From assembly GCA_963663895.2 (NCBI GenBank), contig CAXXRD010000001.1, forward strand, positions 96,001 to 160,000: 64,000 bases of DNA. The letters are read 5' to 3'. This document shows positions 51,289-61,297 of the stretch, one piece after another. The DNA is from Dehalococcoidia bacterium. Its GTDB lineage: Bacteria; Chloroflexota; Dehalococcoidia; Bin125. The position numbers and the translations under genes were made by a program. A model generated the notes under the pieces. That model was not told the origin of the DNA and did no database searches. It saw nothing but the letters and a program-made list of their open reading frames with translations. Positions within the stretch are counted from its first letter, which is position 1, and each line of letters opens with the position of its first letter.

Positions 51289-53970
51289 TTACAGGAGCGA
51301 AACGGGGTCGATGTCGACCGTCCATCCCTGGGGCAAGCTGCAGAGGCGTAAGAGCGGGATCGGATCGGCGCCACGCAGGGTGATCTGCCAGCGGTACCGG
51401 CCCAGACGCCGGTAGACATACGCCGGCGTCGGGCCCAGGACCTCCGGACCGGGCAACCCTCGGCGATCACGCTCCTCGCGCAACTGCGCTGCCATTGTCA
51501 CCGCGGTTTCGCGCGCGCGCGCATCGTTGGAATGCTGGTAAACGAGGCGGGCGAGACGGCCGAAAGGCGGGTAGTCGTGCTGTGCGCGTGCCGCCATCTC
51601 TGCCTCGAAAAAGGCCGTGTAGTCGTGCGCGGCGGCGGCGAGAATCGCGTAGTGATCCGGCACATAGCTCTGCACGATCACGCGTCCGCCGCGTGGTCCT
51701 CTGCCAGCCCGCCCTGCCACCTGCGCCAACAGTTGGAAAGTGCGCTCGGGACCGGTGTAATCAGGCAGCCGCAGCGCGAGATCGGCGTTGACGACGCCCA
51801 CCAGCGTCACCGCCGGTAAGTCAAGCCCGGTCGCGATCATCTGCGTCCCAATGAGCACGTTGGCTTCGCCCTGCTGGAAGCGCTTGAGGATCTGCTCGTG
51901 GCCGCCGCGCCTGCGGGCCGTGTCGCGATCCCAGCGAATCGGACGCGCCGATGGGAAGTGACGGCGCACAGCCTGCTCCAGCCGCTGGGTGCCAAGCCCC
52001 AGCGGGCGTAAGAGGTCTTGGCCGCAGCTTGGACAGTCGCTCTGCGGCGCGGTGGCGTACCCGCACTCGTGGCAGCGCAGCAGTTCCGGTTCGGCATGCA
52101 TCGTTAGCGGCACCGCGCAGCGCGGGCAGATCAGCGCCTCGCCGCAGCCGCGGCAGACCAACCCAGACACGCCGCGCCGATTGAGCAACAGCATCAGCTG
52201 TGCACCTACCTCCAACACCTCTCCGATCGCATCGGTCAACGCTCGGCTAAAGATCGAGCGGTTCCCTGCCCGCAACTCCTCCCGCAGGTCCACGATCTCA
52301 ACCGCGGGAAGCGGTACCGGCTGAGCGGGCGCACTCCTGCCGTCCGAGACAGCGCTGTGGACGCGCTGGGGTAAGTGCAACCGACGATAGCGGCGGCGCT
52401 GGGCACGCGCCGCCGTGACCACGTCCGGCGTCGCCGTGCCGAAGACCGCCACCGCACCGGTCAATCGACAGTACTCCTCAACGACCTCGCGTACGTGGTA
52501 GCGCGGCGCCAAATCCGTCTGCTTGTATGTCCACTCGTGCTCCTCGTCGACGATGACGAGGCGCAGGTTCGGTTGGGGGGCAAACAACGCGGACCGCGAC
52601 CCGATCACAACGTCGGCGTGACCAGAGCGAATGCGCTGCCATTGGTCGTAGTCTTCGCCCAATGACAGCGCGGAGTGTTGTACGGCGACCCGGCCCGGAA
52701 ACCGCGTCGCAAACCGCTCAATCGTTTGCGGGGTGAGGGCGATCTCGGGCACCAGGACGATCACACGCCCCCCGTGCGCGATAGCATTCTCCGCCGCTGC
52801 GAGATAAACCTCCGTCTTGCCGGAACCCGTCACTCCCTGCAGGAGGAACACCACACTCGATGGGCGGGCACTGACCGCACCCGCTTCTTCGCGCGCGCGC
52901 GCGAGCGCGTCGGCAATCGCTCGGTATGCGCGGGCCTGGTCAGCCGTCAGCTTCACCTGCTCGACGGGACGAGTGACCAGATCGGCGAGCGGGTCACGCT
53001 CGACGCGCCGTCTGACGCGGCGGACTCGTCCCGCCTCGACTAGCGCGTCGATATCGGCTGCGGTGGCGTCGAACTCCGACTTGAGATCGCTCTCGGAAAC
53101 CGGCCCGCCGACGAGTGCGCGCAATAGCGCGACTTGTGCCCGCTCCGCTCGCGTCCGACGCAGGGCCGCGATCAGATGCTGAAGCGTCTCCGCGTCCGCC
53201 GTCGTGCGCAGCTCGCTTCCAGTGCGCTCCACGACCGAGTGAGTAGCGAGGAAACGCTCCAGCATGGCGCCACCACCGACGAGGCGGCGAGCCTCGGTGA
53301 GTGGAATCGGACCCTCGCCCAGCCGCGTCAGTAGTTCAGCGGGACGTGATCGCTTCGATTGCGGCCAATCCCGCACGACCGCCCGCGCGGCGTTCTCGCC
53401 CACCGTCAACTCCACCCACGTCTCGACCTTCTCTCGTACACCGGGCGGTGCCAGATCGAAGCGTTCTTCCAGCAATCCGCGATCCACGAGCTTACGAACC
53501 ATCGCGGACCGCCGCTTTCCCAAACGCTTGGGGAGGGCGTCAAAGGCAAGCTCGCGCTTCGCCCTGACTGCATCAACAAGGGCACGCGCGTCGCCGGTCA
53601 GCGAGGCGTTAGCGGCGCGCCCCGCCTCCGTCACCCGCAGCCAGCGACGGGGCTTGCGTTGGAAACCGGGCGGCAGGAACAACCCGGCGCACCTGCTGAT
53701 CGGAGCTAAGTACGCATCTGCGATCCAGCGCGCCAGCGCGGCCTGTGCGCGCGTCAGGAGTCGTCCTTCGTCGATACGCGCCCGGATCTCCCGCGTCTCG
53801 GAGACCGCAGGCGTTTCCGTTAGCTGCAACACCACGCCCTGCAATGTCTGCCGTCCGAAAGGCACGTAGACGCCGTCGCCAACGCGGATCGCAAGATGCG
53901 GCGGAATGGCGTACGAGAATGTGCCGCGATCGGGGCGTCCGGAGTAGACCGCGACCTCGGCAAAAGGCAA
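51289..53970 (-). CDS. priA: Primosomal protein N' (long form)
   Basis: GVTGSGKTEVY, DEEH, four CxxC pairs, QVAGRAGR, YPPF, DIDP. Confidence 0.96.
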   Translation of the reverse strand: MPFAEVAVYSGRPDRGTFSYAIPPHLAIRVGDGVYVPFGRQTLQGVVLQLTETPAVSETREIRARIDEGRLLTRAQAALARWIADAYLAPISRCAGLFLPPGFQRKPRRWLRVTEAGRAANASLTGDARALVDAVRAKRELAFDALPKRLGKRRSAMVRKLVDRGLLEERFDLAPPGVREKVETWVELTVGENAARAVVRDWPQSKRSRPAELLTRLGEGPIPLTEARRLVGGGAMLERFLATHSVVERTGSELRTTADAETLQHLIAALRRTRAERAQVALLRALVGGPVSESDLKSEFDATAADIDALVEAGRVRRVRRRVERDPLADLVTRPVEQVKLTADQARAYRAIADALARAREEAGAVSARPSSVVFLLQGVTGSGKTEVYLAAAENAIAHGGRVIVLVPEIALTPQTIERFATRFPGRVAVQHSALSLGEDYDQWQRIRSGHADVVIGSRSALFAPQPNLRLVIVDEEHEWTYKQTDLAPRYHVREVVEEYCRLTGAVAVFGTATPDVVTAARAQRRRYRRLHLPQRVHSAVSDGRSAPAQPVPLPAVEIVDLREELRAGNRSIFSRALTDAIGEVLEVGAQLMLLLNRRGVSGLVCRGCGEALICPRCAVPLTMHAEPELLRCHECGYATAPQSDCPSCGQDLLRPLGLGTQRLEQAVRRHFPSARPIRWDRDTARRRGGHEQILKRFQQGEANVLIGTQMIATGLDLPAVTLVGVVNADLALRLPDYTGPERTFQLLAQVAGRAGRGPRGGRVIVQSYVPDHYAILAAAAHDYTAFFEAEMAARAQHDYPPFGRLARLVYQHSNDARARETAVTMAAQLREERDRRGLPGPEVLGPTPAYVYRRLGRYRWQITLRGADPIPLLRLCSLPQGWTVDIDPVSLL

Positions 53971-54023
53971 GGGCGGGCTCCTTCCCTACGCGGAGCCCTC
54001 CAAGGCCGACAGCCGCTCCAAGT

Positions 54024-54392
54024 CTAGTAACTGTGGACCGGGCGCTTCGCGTAGCGTGGCCGCTGCGGAATCCTGGCGGCTTTACCGGTGCGATCCCGCA
54101 GGTAATAGAGCTTGGCCCGCCGCACACGGCCCCGGCGGGTTACCTCAACCCGCTCGATACGCGGCGAGTGATAGAGGAAGGTCCGCTCGACGCCGACCCC
54201 ATGCGTCACGCGGCGAACCGTGAAGTTGCTGGAGCTCCCCTTTTTTCGGATCCCCAGCACGACCCCTTCGAACACCTGCGTTCGCTCGCGATCGCCCTCC
54301 ACCACCTTGGCGTGCACGCGCACCGTATCGCCAGGCTGAAACTCTTCGATAGCCGGGTTCTTTTCGAGGTCGAGAAGGTCGCTACGGTCCAT
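54024..54392 (-). CDS. rplS: 50S ribosomal protein L19
   Basis: [30 protein letters not shown]. Confidence 0.97.
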   Translation of the reverse strand: MDRSDLLDLEKNPAIEEFQPGDTVRVHAKVVEGDRERTQVFEGVVLGIRKKGSSSNFTVRRVTHGVGVERTFLYHSPRIERVEVTRRGRVRRAKLYYLRDRTGKAARIPQRPRYAKRPVHSY

Positions 54393-54518
54393 ACGGCTTA
54401 TCCACCACCGGGTCGAGCTTGGTTGGGGCAGGCATTTATTGTAGGTAAGGTCCAGCGGCCGAGGCGAGTAGCGAACACCTCAGAACAGCCCTGTTGCGCG
54501 GCTCAGCCGACTACTTGA

Positions 54519-55235
54519 CTACTCGAAGACCGCCCGATCCTCCTCCGCGAGGTTCGCGCGCTCCAAGAGATCCGGCCGGCGGGCCGCCGTACGTCGCAAC
54601 CGCTCGGCGCGACGCCAGCGCGCGATCGCGGCATGGTCGCCACTGAGCAACACCTCCGGCACCGACCAGCCTCGAAACTCTTGCGGGCGAGTGTACTGCG
54701 GGTACTCGAGCAACCCACCGGTATGCGACTCCTCGTCAAGGGACGCGACAGAGCCGAGCGCGCCCGGCAACAACCGCACAATGGCTTCCACCACGACCAG
54801 CGCGGGCAGCTCGCCGCCTCCCAGCACGTAGTCCCCGATGGAAACCTCGTCATCCGCCAGATAGAGACGCACGCGCTCGTCGAATCCCTCGTAGCGGCCA
54901 CAAAGGAGAATGAGCCGATCCGCGTTGCGAAGTTCGCGCGCCAGATCGTGGTTCAGCAGCCGCCCTTGCGGTGACAGCAGCACCGCGCGCCCCGGCGGCC
55001 CGGCCTCCGCGCGCAGCTGCTCGACGCAGCGGAAGAGGGGCTCCGGCCGCATCACCATGCCCGCGCCGCCCCCGTACGGAGCATCATCGACGCTTCGGTG
55101 CCGATCCTCGGTCCAGGCCCGTAAGTCATGCACCGTGATTTCGACGATGTCTTTCGCGCGCGCGCGCGCCACAATGCTCGTCTCAAGCGGCGCCCGGACC
55201 ATCTCCGGGAAGATCGTGACGATATCGATGCGCAT
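54519..55235 (-). CDS. trmD: tRNA (guanine-N1)-methyltransferase
   Basis: VDDAPYGGGAGM, SPQG, CGRYEG, SIGDYVLGGGE. Confidence 0.97.
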   Translation of the reverse strand: MRIDIVTIFPEMVRAPLETSIVARARAKDIVEITVHDLRAWTEDRHRSVDDAPYGGGAGMVMRPEPLFRCVEQLRAEAGPPGRAVLLSPQGRLLNHDLARELRNADRLILLCGRYEGFDERVRLYLADDEVSIGDYVLGGGELPALVVVEAIVRLLPGALGSVASLDEESHTGGLLEYPQYTRPQEFRGWSVPEVLLSGDHAAIARWRRAERLRRTAARRPDLLERANLAEEDRAVFE

Positions 55236-55251
55236 GCTCTAGTTATCCAAC

Positions 55252-55749
55252 TCAAGCGGGATGATCGGCGGAGGGGCCGCGGATCAAATCCACAGCGTGT
55301 GGGAGCAGTTCGACGAGCGGCGCGAGACTCTCGCGGACACCCTTCTCGGATCCGGGCAGATTCACGATCAGAGTACGCCCCGCCACGCCAGCGACCCCAC
55401 GGCTGAGGGCCGCGTAGGGCGTCTGCTTTCGTCCCTCCCCTCGCATTAATTCCGCCACGCCTGGGATTTCCCGCTCGATCACGGAGCGGGTTGCCTCCGG
55501 GGTGACATCGCGTGGCGCGAGTCCCGTGCCGCCGGTGGTGACGATCAGGTCGACGCTGCCCGTAGCAACCCAGTCGCGGAGCGTTTGCTCGATGCGATCA
55601 CGATCGTCCGGGACGATCGCTTTTTCCACGATCTGGTGCCCCAGCGGTACCAACAGCTCAGCGATCGCGACACCGGACTTATCTGCGTACTCCCCTCGGC
55701 TGGCTCGATCGCTCAAGGTCAGGATCCCCACGCGAATGGAGTCTGCCAT
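55252..55749 (-). CDS. mog: Molybdopterin adenylyltransferase (MogA/MoaB)
   Basis: LSDR, TTGGTGLAPRDVTPEAT, NLPGS. Confidence 0.92.
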   Translation of the reverse strand: MADSIRVGILTLSDRASRGEYADKSGVAIAELLVPLGHQIVEKAIVPDDRDRIEQTLRDWVATGSVDLIVTTGGTGLAPRDVTPEATRSVIEREIPGVAELMRGEGRKQTPYAALSRGVAGVAGRTLIVNLPGSEKGVRESLAPLVELLPHAVDLIRGPSADHPA

Positions 55750-55865
55750 CTGGGAAACCTCCTTGAAATGCGCCAAAAGCCCCTGGCGGGAAAGGGAATC
55801 AAGCGCCGGCGGGGAATTTTACCGAAGGATCTTGACAGCCCTTGTTGACAGCAACGGGTGAGTAA

Positions 55866-55900
55866 TGGGAAACTTTGGCGCGACATGGGGAGAAATGGGG
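55866..55900 (+). promoter_or_regulatory. MraZ-binding direct repeats in the dcw promoter
   Basis: TGGGA, TGGCG, TGGGG, TGGGG at exact 10-bp period (55866, 55876, 55886, 55896); TTGACA at 55832 and 55845. Confidence 0.75.
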
Positions 55901-55975
55901 AATTTGGCTAAGCACCCCACACCGGAGAACCGCTCCGCCTCTCCCCAGGAATGAAACGGATGATGGCCCCTCGCT

Positions 55976-56407
55976 ATGGCTTTTCGTGGCAATTACGAAC
56001 ACTCCCTAGACAACGGCGGGCGAGTCGCCATCCCCGCCCGTTTTCGGGATGCCTTTGCGGACGGGGGCGTTTTGAAACCGAGCCCCGACGGCTGCCTGGA
56101 ACTTTATACCGTCGTGGATTTCGAGACCACGGCCCGCGAACTCTCCACGGAGAGCGCGCAACAGCACCGGGGCCGGCGCGTGCGCCGCGCCATATACGCC
56201 ATGTCTTACGACGTCGAGATCGACCGACAGGGCCGCATCCTCGTTCCGCAAACGATGCGGAGCCACGCTGGGTTGGAAGGTGCAGTAGTCCTGGCCGGGC
56301 GCGGCGAGTGTCTGGAAATTTGGAGTGCGGAGGGCTGGAGGCAGGAGCAAGCGACGGTCGAGAGCGAGCACGCCGCCATCCTGGAAGCCCAGGGGAGCGT
56401 CGGATGA
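55976..56407 (+). CDS. mraZ: Transcriptional regulator MraZ
   Basis: FRGNYEHSLDNGGRVAIPARFR, DRQGRILVP, LEIW. Confidence 0.95.
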   Translation: MAFRGNYEHSLDNGGRVAIPARFRDAFADGGVLKPSPDGCLELYTVVDFETTARELSTESAQQHRGRRVRRAIYAMSYDVEIDRQGRILVPQTMRSHAGLEGAVVLAGRGECLEIWSAEGWRQEQATVESEHAAILEAQGSVG

Positions 56408-57306
56408 GTGCTCCCGGCACCCACGTCGCCGTTATGGTGCAAGAGCTTGTGGAGCTGCTTCAGGTGCGCCCCGCAGGTCGCTACATCGACTGCACCGTCG
56501 GCGCCGGCGGCCACGCCGCCGCGATCCTCGAAGCCGGCGCACCGGACTGTCGGCTTCTCGGCATTGATGCCGACCCCCAGGCGATCGCGCTTGCGCGCGA
56601 GCAGTTGGCGCCGTTCGGCGAGCGGATCACCCTCGCCGAGAGCTATTCCAGTGCGATCGCCCAAGTCGCTGCCGATCAACACTTCGTCCCCGCGGACGGA
56701 TTGATCTGTGATCTGGGCGTTTCAAGCATGCAGTTGGACCAACCCGAGCGTGGGTTTTCCTTCCGGGCCGAGGGTCCGTTGGACATGCGTTTCGGGCCGT
56801 CGGCGAACTACACGGCCGCCGACATCGTCAATTCGGAGTCACAGGAGGAGTTGACCCGCATTCTCTACGAATACGGCAACGAGCGTCGCTCACGGCGTAT
56901 CGCCCGTCGCATCGTGGAGAAGCGTCCGTTCAGCTCCACCACTCAACTCGCCAAAGCCGTCGAGCAGGCCGCGGGAGAGGGCCGCCAAGCCAGTAGAAGT
57001 AGTAGAGTTCACCCCGCCACCAAAACCTTCCTGGCCCTCCGCATTGCGGTCAATCAGGAGCTTCAGCACCTGAAGACCGTGCTCGCCGAAGCCCGCGGCC
57101 TGCTCGGCTTTGGATCACGCTTCGCCGTGATCAGCTTTCACTCCTTGGAGGATCGCGCTGTCAAGCGCTTCCTTCAGCATGCGTCGCGCGGCGAGACACC
57201 GACGTTCCGCCTGCTCACTCGCAAGGTGGTTCGTCCGAGTCTCGAGGAGGTGCGCCGCAATCCACGGAGTCGCAGCGCTCGACTGCGCGTGGCTGAGGCA
57301 ATCTAA
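56404..57306 (+). CDS. rsmH: 16S rRNA m4C1402 methyltransferase
   Basis: DCTVGAGGH, DLGVSSMQLD, LDMR, ISFHSLEDR, NPRSRSARLR. Confidence 0.97.
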   Translation: MSAPGTHVAVMVQELVELLQVRPAGRYIDCTVGAGGHAAAILEAGAPDCRLLGIDADPQAIALAREQLAPFGERITLAESYSSAIAQVAADQHFVPADGLICDLGVSSMQLDQPERGFSFRAEGPLDMRFGPSANYTAADIVNSESQEELTRILYEYGNERRSRRIARRIVEKRPFSSTTQLAKAVEQAAGEGRQASRSSRVHPATKTFLALRIAVNQELQHLKTVLAEARGLLGFGSRFAVISFHSLEDRAVKRFLQHASRGETPTFRLLTRKVVRPSLEEVRRNPRSRSARLRVAEAI

Positions 57307-57308
57307 CG

Positions 57309-57755
57309 ATGCGTCGCAGCCCTGCGCTCTCCGCACCTGCTGCGGGGGAGGCAGCGCTAGGCGTCCGTCCGATCCATGGTTTCCGCTTCCCTGTCTGGGT
57401 CTGGGTCGCCGCGGCTGGCCTGACGCTGGCGGCGGTGATTCCAATCCTCCAGGCCAGCAGCGCCACGAGTACTAGCGCCGAACTCCAGGCGTTGGAGAAC
57501 GAGCGAGCGGCGCTGCAGGCCGAGGTACGGTTGATCGCGTCGCAAGTCGGCGAGCTCGCGTCCCTGCAACGCGTTGCGGACGCCGCGCGAGAGCGGCTTC
57601 GCCTCACGCCGGCAGAACCCACCACGGTGCTCCATATCGACGCGCCGCCGCCGCCGCGCGTGCTCCCGCGACGATTGCTTCCTCCCGAAGACCGCACTTT
57701 CGAAACCAAGCTCAGTTGGTGGCAACAAGCAGTGAATTTAATCGTGTTCGACTAA
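57309..57755 (+). CDS. FtsL-like cell division protein
   Basis: Single TM plus coiled coil; position between rsmH and ftsI. Confidence 0.7.
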   Translation: MRRSPALSAPAAGEAALGVRPIHGFRFPVWVWVAAAGLTLAAVIPILQASSATSTSAELQALENERAALQAEVRLIASQVGELASLQRVADAARERLRLTPAEPTTVLHIDAPPPPRVLPRRLLPPEDRTFETKLSWWQQAVNLIVFD

Positions 57756-57808
57756 GCGCGCCCTGGTGCTGGTCGGCGGTCGGGGCGTGAGCGCGGGGGG
57801 GACACGCG

Positions 57809-59890
57809 ATGAGCGGCGATGCCGGCCCAAACAGATGGCGCCTGCGTCTGATGGCGCTCGTTCTCATTGGGCTGGCGACCGTCTTAGTCTTACGCCTCGC
57901 ACAAGTGCAGATCCTGGATCACGAGCGTTACGCGACGGCGGCGCGTGAGAACCATCTCTCGGAGCAGACCGTGCAGGGTCCGCGAGGCGCGATCCTGGAC
58001 CGCAACGGGCTCCCCCTCGTTACCGGCGTCGAAACCTTCGACATCCACATCGACCAGCAAGCCTGGGAACTGGACTCGACGAATGAACGTCTAGCAGTCG
58101 AGCGCCTGGCGGTACTGCTAGGAGTCAGCCCAGAGCAAGTACGATCCATCGCGGGCGCGGGTCCCGAACGGAATGTCTTACTAGCGACCCACGTCCCGTA
58201 CGTCCTCGGCGAGGCAATCATCTCGGAGGGGCTTCCCGGTGTGAAGATCACGCCCTCAGGGGTTCGGCGCTACTCCGAGGGGAGCCTGGCCAGTCAACTG
58301 CTGGGCTTCGTCGGCCGGGACGGCGAAGGCCTCTCCGGCGTCGAATTCGAATTCGAATCCCTCCTGCGCGGCGACCCCGGGTCGGTGGTAGCCGAACGCG
58401 ACAGCGCCGGCAATCCGATCCCGTTCGGGCAGCGCACCGTGGAGCCTCCCGTGCCCGGTGCAGATATCGTTCTCACCATTGACCGTAACCTGCAACGCCG
58501 CGCCGAAGCGGCGTTGCAGCGCGCCCTGGAAGACACCGGCGCGCGGGGCGGCACGATCCTCATCATGGATCCGCACACGGGTGACCTCCTGGCCGTCGCG
58601 TCCGCGCCGAGTTTCGACGTGAGCACCCTCAATCTCAACGACCCCAACCTCGACCCATCGCTGTTCCGAAACCGTGTCGCGACAGATATCTACGAACCCG
58701 GATCGGTCTTCAAGGCGATCACGATGGCGGGAGCGATCGACGCGCGGGTCGTCACGCCCACGACCACTTTCAACGACACCGGGGCGATCGCGATCGGGAC
58801 CCGCACGATCCGCAATTTCGACCTCTCTTTCCACGGCCGCCAAACGATGACGCAGGTCCTGCAGCGTTCGCTCAACACCGGCTCAACCTGGGTTGCCCAG
58901 CAGCTTGGACCGACTCTCTTCTACGACTACGTGCGTCGCTTCGGTTTCGGGGAGACCACTGACTCCGGCTTCTCCAGCGAAGCGACCGGACTGCTCAAGG
59001 AGCCAGGAAACCTATTCTGGTCGGAGGTTGATTTAGCGACGAACTCCTTCGGGCAGGGGATCTCCGTTACCCCGCTGCAGATCGTGCGTGCCTATTCCGC
59101 AATCGCCAACGGCGGTCGGCTCGTGCAGCCGCGGATCGTACGCGCGCTCATCACGGAAGGCGGCGTGAGCGAGTTCGCACCCCTCTGGGGAAATCGCGTC
59201 ATCAGTGAAGAAAGCGCCCGGACGATGCGTTTCATGATGCAGGCCGTCGTCGACGGCGTACGTGGTCACCCGGCGCAAATTAGCGGCTGGCCCATTGCCG
59301 GTAAATCCGGCACATCCGATGTAGTCGAAAGTGGCAAGTACATTGAGGGAGAAGCCATCGCCTCATTCGCCGGCTTCGCGCCCGCCGACGATCCGCGCAT
59401 AGTGATGCTGGTCAAGATCGATCGCCCGCAAGGGGAGATCTTCGGCGGCGTCGTCGCTGCACCCGTCTTCTCGCGTCTCATGGCACAGGTGCTCCCTTAT
59501 CTCGGCGTCCCCCCAAGCTCCTACGTCGCGGAGCCGACGATCTTCGACCCGCCCTCCGATATCCGAATCGGCGTCTTAGACCCGGATACCGAACCGTTCG
59601 ACGATGGATCGCGAGAGCAGGACACGGGAGATGGCGGCACGGGAGGTAGCGAGGAAGACCTCGCTATCGATCAGACTCCGAGGGATCCGTCCCCCGACGA
59701 GACCCCGAGCAGCGATGGCTCCGTAGAGAGCGCGAACGGCACCGCCGATTCCACCGAGCAACCCAACGAGGGCGCAGGCAGCGAAACCGGCGACAGCAGC
59801 ACGACCGCGCTACCAGAGCCCGCGCCAGCCGCGCCGGCCTCTCCTGACTCCCCATCGGTCGCCGCCCCGGACGGAGTGTCCGAACCGTGA
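57809..59890 (+). CDS. ftsI: Class B penicillin-binding protein (FtsI/PBP3) with acidic disordered C-tail
   Basis: RGAILDRNG, YEPGSVFK (SxxK), SLN (SxN), KSG. Confidence 0.92.
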   Translation: MSGDAGPNRWRLRLMALVLIGLATVLVLRLAQVQILDHERYATAARENHLSEQTVQGPRGAILDRNGLPLVTGVETFDIHIDQQAWELDSTNERLAVERLAVLLGVSPEQVRSIAGAGPERNVLLATHVPYVLGEAIISEGLPGVKITPSGVRRYSEGSLASQLLGFVGRDGEGLSGVEFEFESLLRGDPGSVVAERDSAGNPIPFGQRTVEPPVPGADIVLTIDRNLQRRAEAALQRALEDTGARGGTILIMDPHTGDLLAVASAPSFDVSTLNLNDPNLDPSLFRNRVATDIYEPGSVFKAITMAGAIDARVVTPTTTFNDTGAIAIGTRTIRNFDLSFHGRQTMTQVLQRSLNTGSTWVAQQLGPTLFYDYVRRFGFGETTDSGFSSEATGLLKEPGNLFWSEVDLATNSFGQGISVTPLQIVRAYSAIANGGRLVQPRIVRALITEGGVSEFAPLWGNRVISEESARTMRFMMQAVVDGVRGHPAQISGWPIAGKSGTSDVVESGKYIEGEAIASFAGFAPADDPRIVMLVKIDRPQGEIFGGVVAAPVFSRLMAQVLPYLGVPPSSYVAEPTIFDPPSDIRIGVLDPDTEPFDDGSREQDTGDGGTGGSEEDLAIDQTPRDPSPDETPSSDGSVESANGTADSTEQPNEGAGSETGDSSTTALPEPAPAAPASPDSPSVAAPDGVSEP

Positions 59891-59915
59891 GGCCTGTACA
59901 GCGACAGGAGGCAGC

Positions 59916-61297
59916 GTGATCAGTCCACAGCAGTTAGTGTCGTTGTTGGGGCCGCTGCTCCTGAACCCCCGCAACGACTACTCGCCAACGCCTTTCTGCG
60001 ACGCGATCGTGGACTCGCGTCGCGCACGCCCCGGTGCGCTCTTCATCGCTCTGCGCGGAGAGCACACGGACGGACACTACTTCTTAGGCGACGCGATGGA
60101 TCGAGGCGCCGCCGGCCTGCTCTGCCGCTTCGTCGCGGACGCCCTCCCCGGATCGGATCGCCGCGACGAGGTGACGCTTTTTCAAGTCGAGGACCCGCTC
60201 TCCGCTCTCCAGACAGCAGCCAAACGGTGGCGGGAGCAGCATGGGGTGCGCGTTGTGGGGCTCACGGGAAGCGTAGGGAAGACCACAACGCGAGAAGCGA
60301 TCGCCCAGATGCTCGCCCGGCGCGCGCCCACCCTGGAAAGCCCCTTCAATTACAACAGCGAGATCGGTCTACCCCTCTCCCTCCTACGACTCGAGCCGCA
60401 GCACACCTGGGCAGTGCTCGAAATGGGACCCTACGATCTCCGCGAGATCTCGCTGCTCTGCGAAATCGCGCAGCCGGAGATCGGCATCGTCACGAATGTC
60501 GGGCCGACACACCTCGAGCGCTTCGGTTCGATCGAAGCGATCGAGGAGGCCAAAGGCCTACTGCCCGCCTCGCTGCCCGCCGACGGCTTGGCAGTCCTTA
60601 ACGCGGACGATCCCCGCACGCTGCGCATGCGCAACCGGACCGCTGCCCGCATTCTTACCTTTGGGCGCACGGCGCCAGCTGACGTCCGCGCGACCGATGA
60701 AGCCTCGCAGGGTCTCGACGGCATTAGCTTCACCCTGACCTTCGAGGGCCAGTCCGTCGCCGTACGCACCCCGCTCGTCGGAGTCCACCACGTCATGACG
60801 GCGCTCGCCGCCGCCGCGGTCGCTCTCGGTACCGGGTGGACTCTAGCCGAGACCGCCGAGGCCTTGTCGATGCTCCGTGCCGGCCAGCGTCTGAAGCCGC
60901 GCCGCTCCTACTCCGGCGCGCTCATCTTGGACGACACCTACAATGCGGCTCCCCTATCCATGCAGGCAGCATTGGATCTCTTGGCCGAACTGCCCGGACG
61001 GCGCATCGCGGTACTGGGTGACATGTTGGAGCTCGGAAGCGAAGAGCAGGCCGGCCACCGCGCGGTGGGCGCGTACGCGGTTGGACGCTGCGACCGCCTT
61101 GTCGCCATCGGCGATCTCGGCAAATCACCGCCGACGCCGCCTGGGATGCTGGCCACCGGCAGATCCAGTGGTTCGAGGACAAGGAGCCAGCGACGCAACT
61201 CCTCCGACAGGAGTTGGGCGCGGACGACATCGTCCTGATCAAAGCCTCGCATGCCCAAGAACTCGAAACAGTCGTTGAGGCTCTGATCACCCCATGA
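59916..61297 (+). CDS. murF: UDP-MurNAc-tripeptide D-Ala-D-Ala ligase; frameshift at 61122-61124
   Basis: TGSVGKTTT, NSEIGLP, VLEMG, DDTYNA, LGDMLELG. One extra A restores ...DIVLIKAS...-TGA overlapping the mraY ATG. Confidence 0.92.
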
